From the NCBI GenBank assembly GCA_963827235.1, contig CAWHAE010000009.1, positions 224,001 through 288,000 on the forward strand: DNA of 64,000 nucleotides, in the 5' to 3' direction. Positions 62,844 to 64,000 of the stretch are shown here, in pieces. The notes under the pieces were generated by a model that did no database searches, was not told the DNA's origin, and worked only from the letters and a program-made list of their open reading frames with translations. Position 1 is the stretch's first letter, and the number at the start of each line of letters is the position of its first letter. The translations under genes and the position numbers were made by a program. This stretch comes from an uncultured bacterium (GTDB lineage Bacteria > Chloroflexota > UBA5177 > JANWHV01).

Positions 62844-63611
62844 ATGGCCGTCCCTGCAGACCGTTTAGTCCCGCGTGACCGCCTCGTGATCCTGGCGGTG
62901 CTGCTCGGTCTTGCGGCAGCCGGCTGGGCGGTGCTGATCTGGCAGGCCCGCGGGATGGGCAGCGCCATGGGGCTGACCATGGGCATGGGGGCGCCGTTGT
63001 TCCTGGCGATGTGGACCAGCATGATGGCGGCGATGATGTTCCCGGCCGCCGCACCGATGATCTTGCTGTTCGCCGCCATCCAGGCCGGCAAACAGCGGCA
63101 GGGCCGACCCTTTGTGCCCACGTGGCTCTTTGCCGCTGCATACCTCCTGCTGTGGGCCCTCTTCGGTGCGCTGGCCTATGCGGCGGCACTTGGGGCAGAA
63201 CATCTCGCCGCGCAGAGCATGTGGCTCATGGACCACGCCGCACGCATCGGCGGCCTGGTGCTCATCCTGGCCGGTCTCTACCAGCTCTCGCCGCTCAAGC
63301 ACGCCTGCCTGACGCGGTGCCGCACGCCGTTGCAGTTCATCCTCACCTCCTGGCACGACGGCATGGGCGGCGCGGTGCGTATGGGCATCACGCACGGGAT
63401 CTACTGCCTGGGCTGCTGCTGGCTGCTCTTCGTGATTCTATTCCCGCTGGGCGTGATGAACCTCGCAGCCATGGTCTTGCTGACCGCGTTCATCTTCGCG
63501 GAGAAAGCCTTGCCGGGCGGTTATTGGGTCGCACGCGCCGTCGCCGCAGCATTGATCGGCTACGGCGTGCTGGTCCTCGTGCAGCCAAGCATCTTGCCCA
63601 CCGCCATGTAG
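62844..63611 (+). CDS. DUF2182 predicted metal-binding membrane protein
   Basis: W..MMAAMMFP, YQLSPLK.ACL..CR.P, G.YCLGCCW, MNL, AEK. Confidence 0.92.
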   Translation: MAVPADRLVPRDRLVILAVLLGLAAAGWAVLIWQARGMGSAMGLTMGMGAPLFLAMWTSMMAAMMFPAAAPMILLFAAIQAGKQRQGRPFVPTWLFAAAYLLLWALFGALAYAAALGAEHLAAQSMWLMDHAARIGGLVLILAGLYQLSPLKHACLTRCRTPLQFILTSWHDGMGGAVRMGITHGIYCLGCCWLLFVILFPLGVMNLAAMVLLTAFIFAEKALPGGYWVARAVAAALIGYGVLVLVQPSILPTAM

Positions 63612-64000
63612 CAACGCCCGGTTCCGCCACGCAGGCTGAATGAACATGCACGAGGCGCGCTGCTTGATCAGTGCCGGCTGCCGTGCGATGCCGATTGCCT
63701 CGCCAGCGATCCCGGCTACTCAAGCTGCGATCGCGCCGGTAGACGGCATAACAAATAGGTCCCATGCCGATCGATGCTGCCTCAGAAAACCGCTGCTCGG
63801 CATGGGCCGGACCGTGGACTCAAGTCACTGCGACGCCGTACACCCAAGCTCCAGGGGCTGTCCGGCGAGCTCCTTCGTAGCACTGCCGTTCGGCGCAGAG
63901 ACTGAGAGGCGGTTGAGGGCGCCGACTGAATAGATCTCACCGTGCGTGCCCACGGCGAGCGGCCATCCAAGATCCGAGTGCAGCACGGTGGTGCCCCGCG

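Noticed and set aside
1-64000. Many long antisense or overlapping ORFs in the track (e.g. 4371-6206, 7433-8857, 19434-21086, 22680-24089)
   Set aside because: Shadow frames of GC-rich genes: Arg/Gly/His-rich, without motifs, and opposite clear genes

Overview
This is a GC-rich bacterial window, possibly from Chloroflexota or a related soil lineage (inferred from gene content and IS types). No rRNA, tRNA or CRISPR array was seen. The left half is mostly transport and secretion genes: a PAS histidine kinase cut by the window edge, a MacB/FtsX-type ABC system, a CUT1/Ugp-type ABC operon ending in a beta-CASP metallo-hydrolase, an S41 peptidase, a serine hydrolase, a four-repeat NPCBM-like secreted protein and an Opp/Dpp operon. 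The middle holds two ECF sigma factor clusters with recognisable promoters, a MarR-MFS pair and a yjdF gene with a structured leader. The right half mixes intact secreted proteins with many gene and IS remnants. The best leads are: (1) the same 11-bp-period (C/G)TTAAC Pho-box-like array upstream of both the ABC/beta-CASP operon and an orphan secreted propeller protein, a candidate phosphate-scavenging regulon; (2) a beta-propeller::LivJ-type binding protein fusion; (3) a candidate variant yjdF riboswitch. At least eight +1 frameshifts in otherwise intact genes look like sequencing error. All family assignments come from motif recognition by eye, not database searches.
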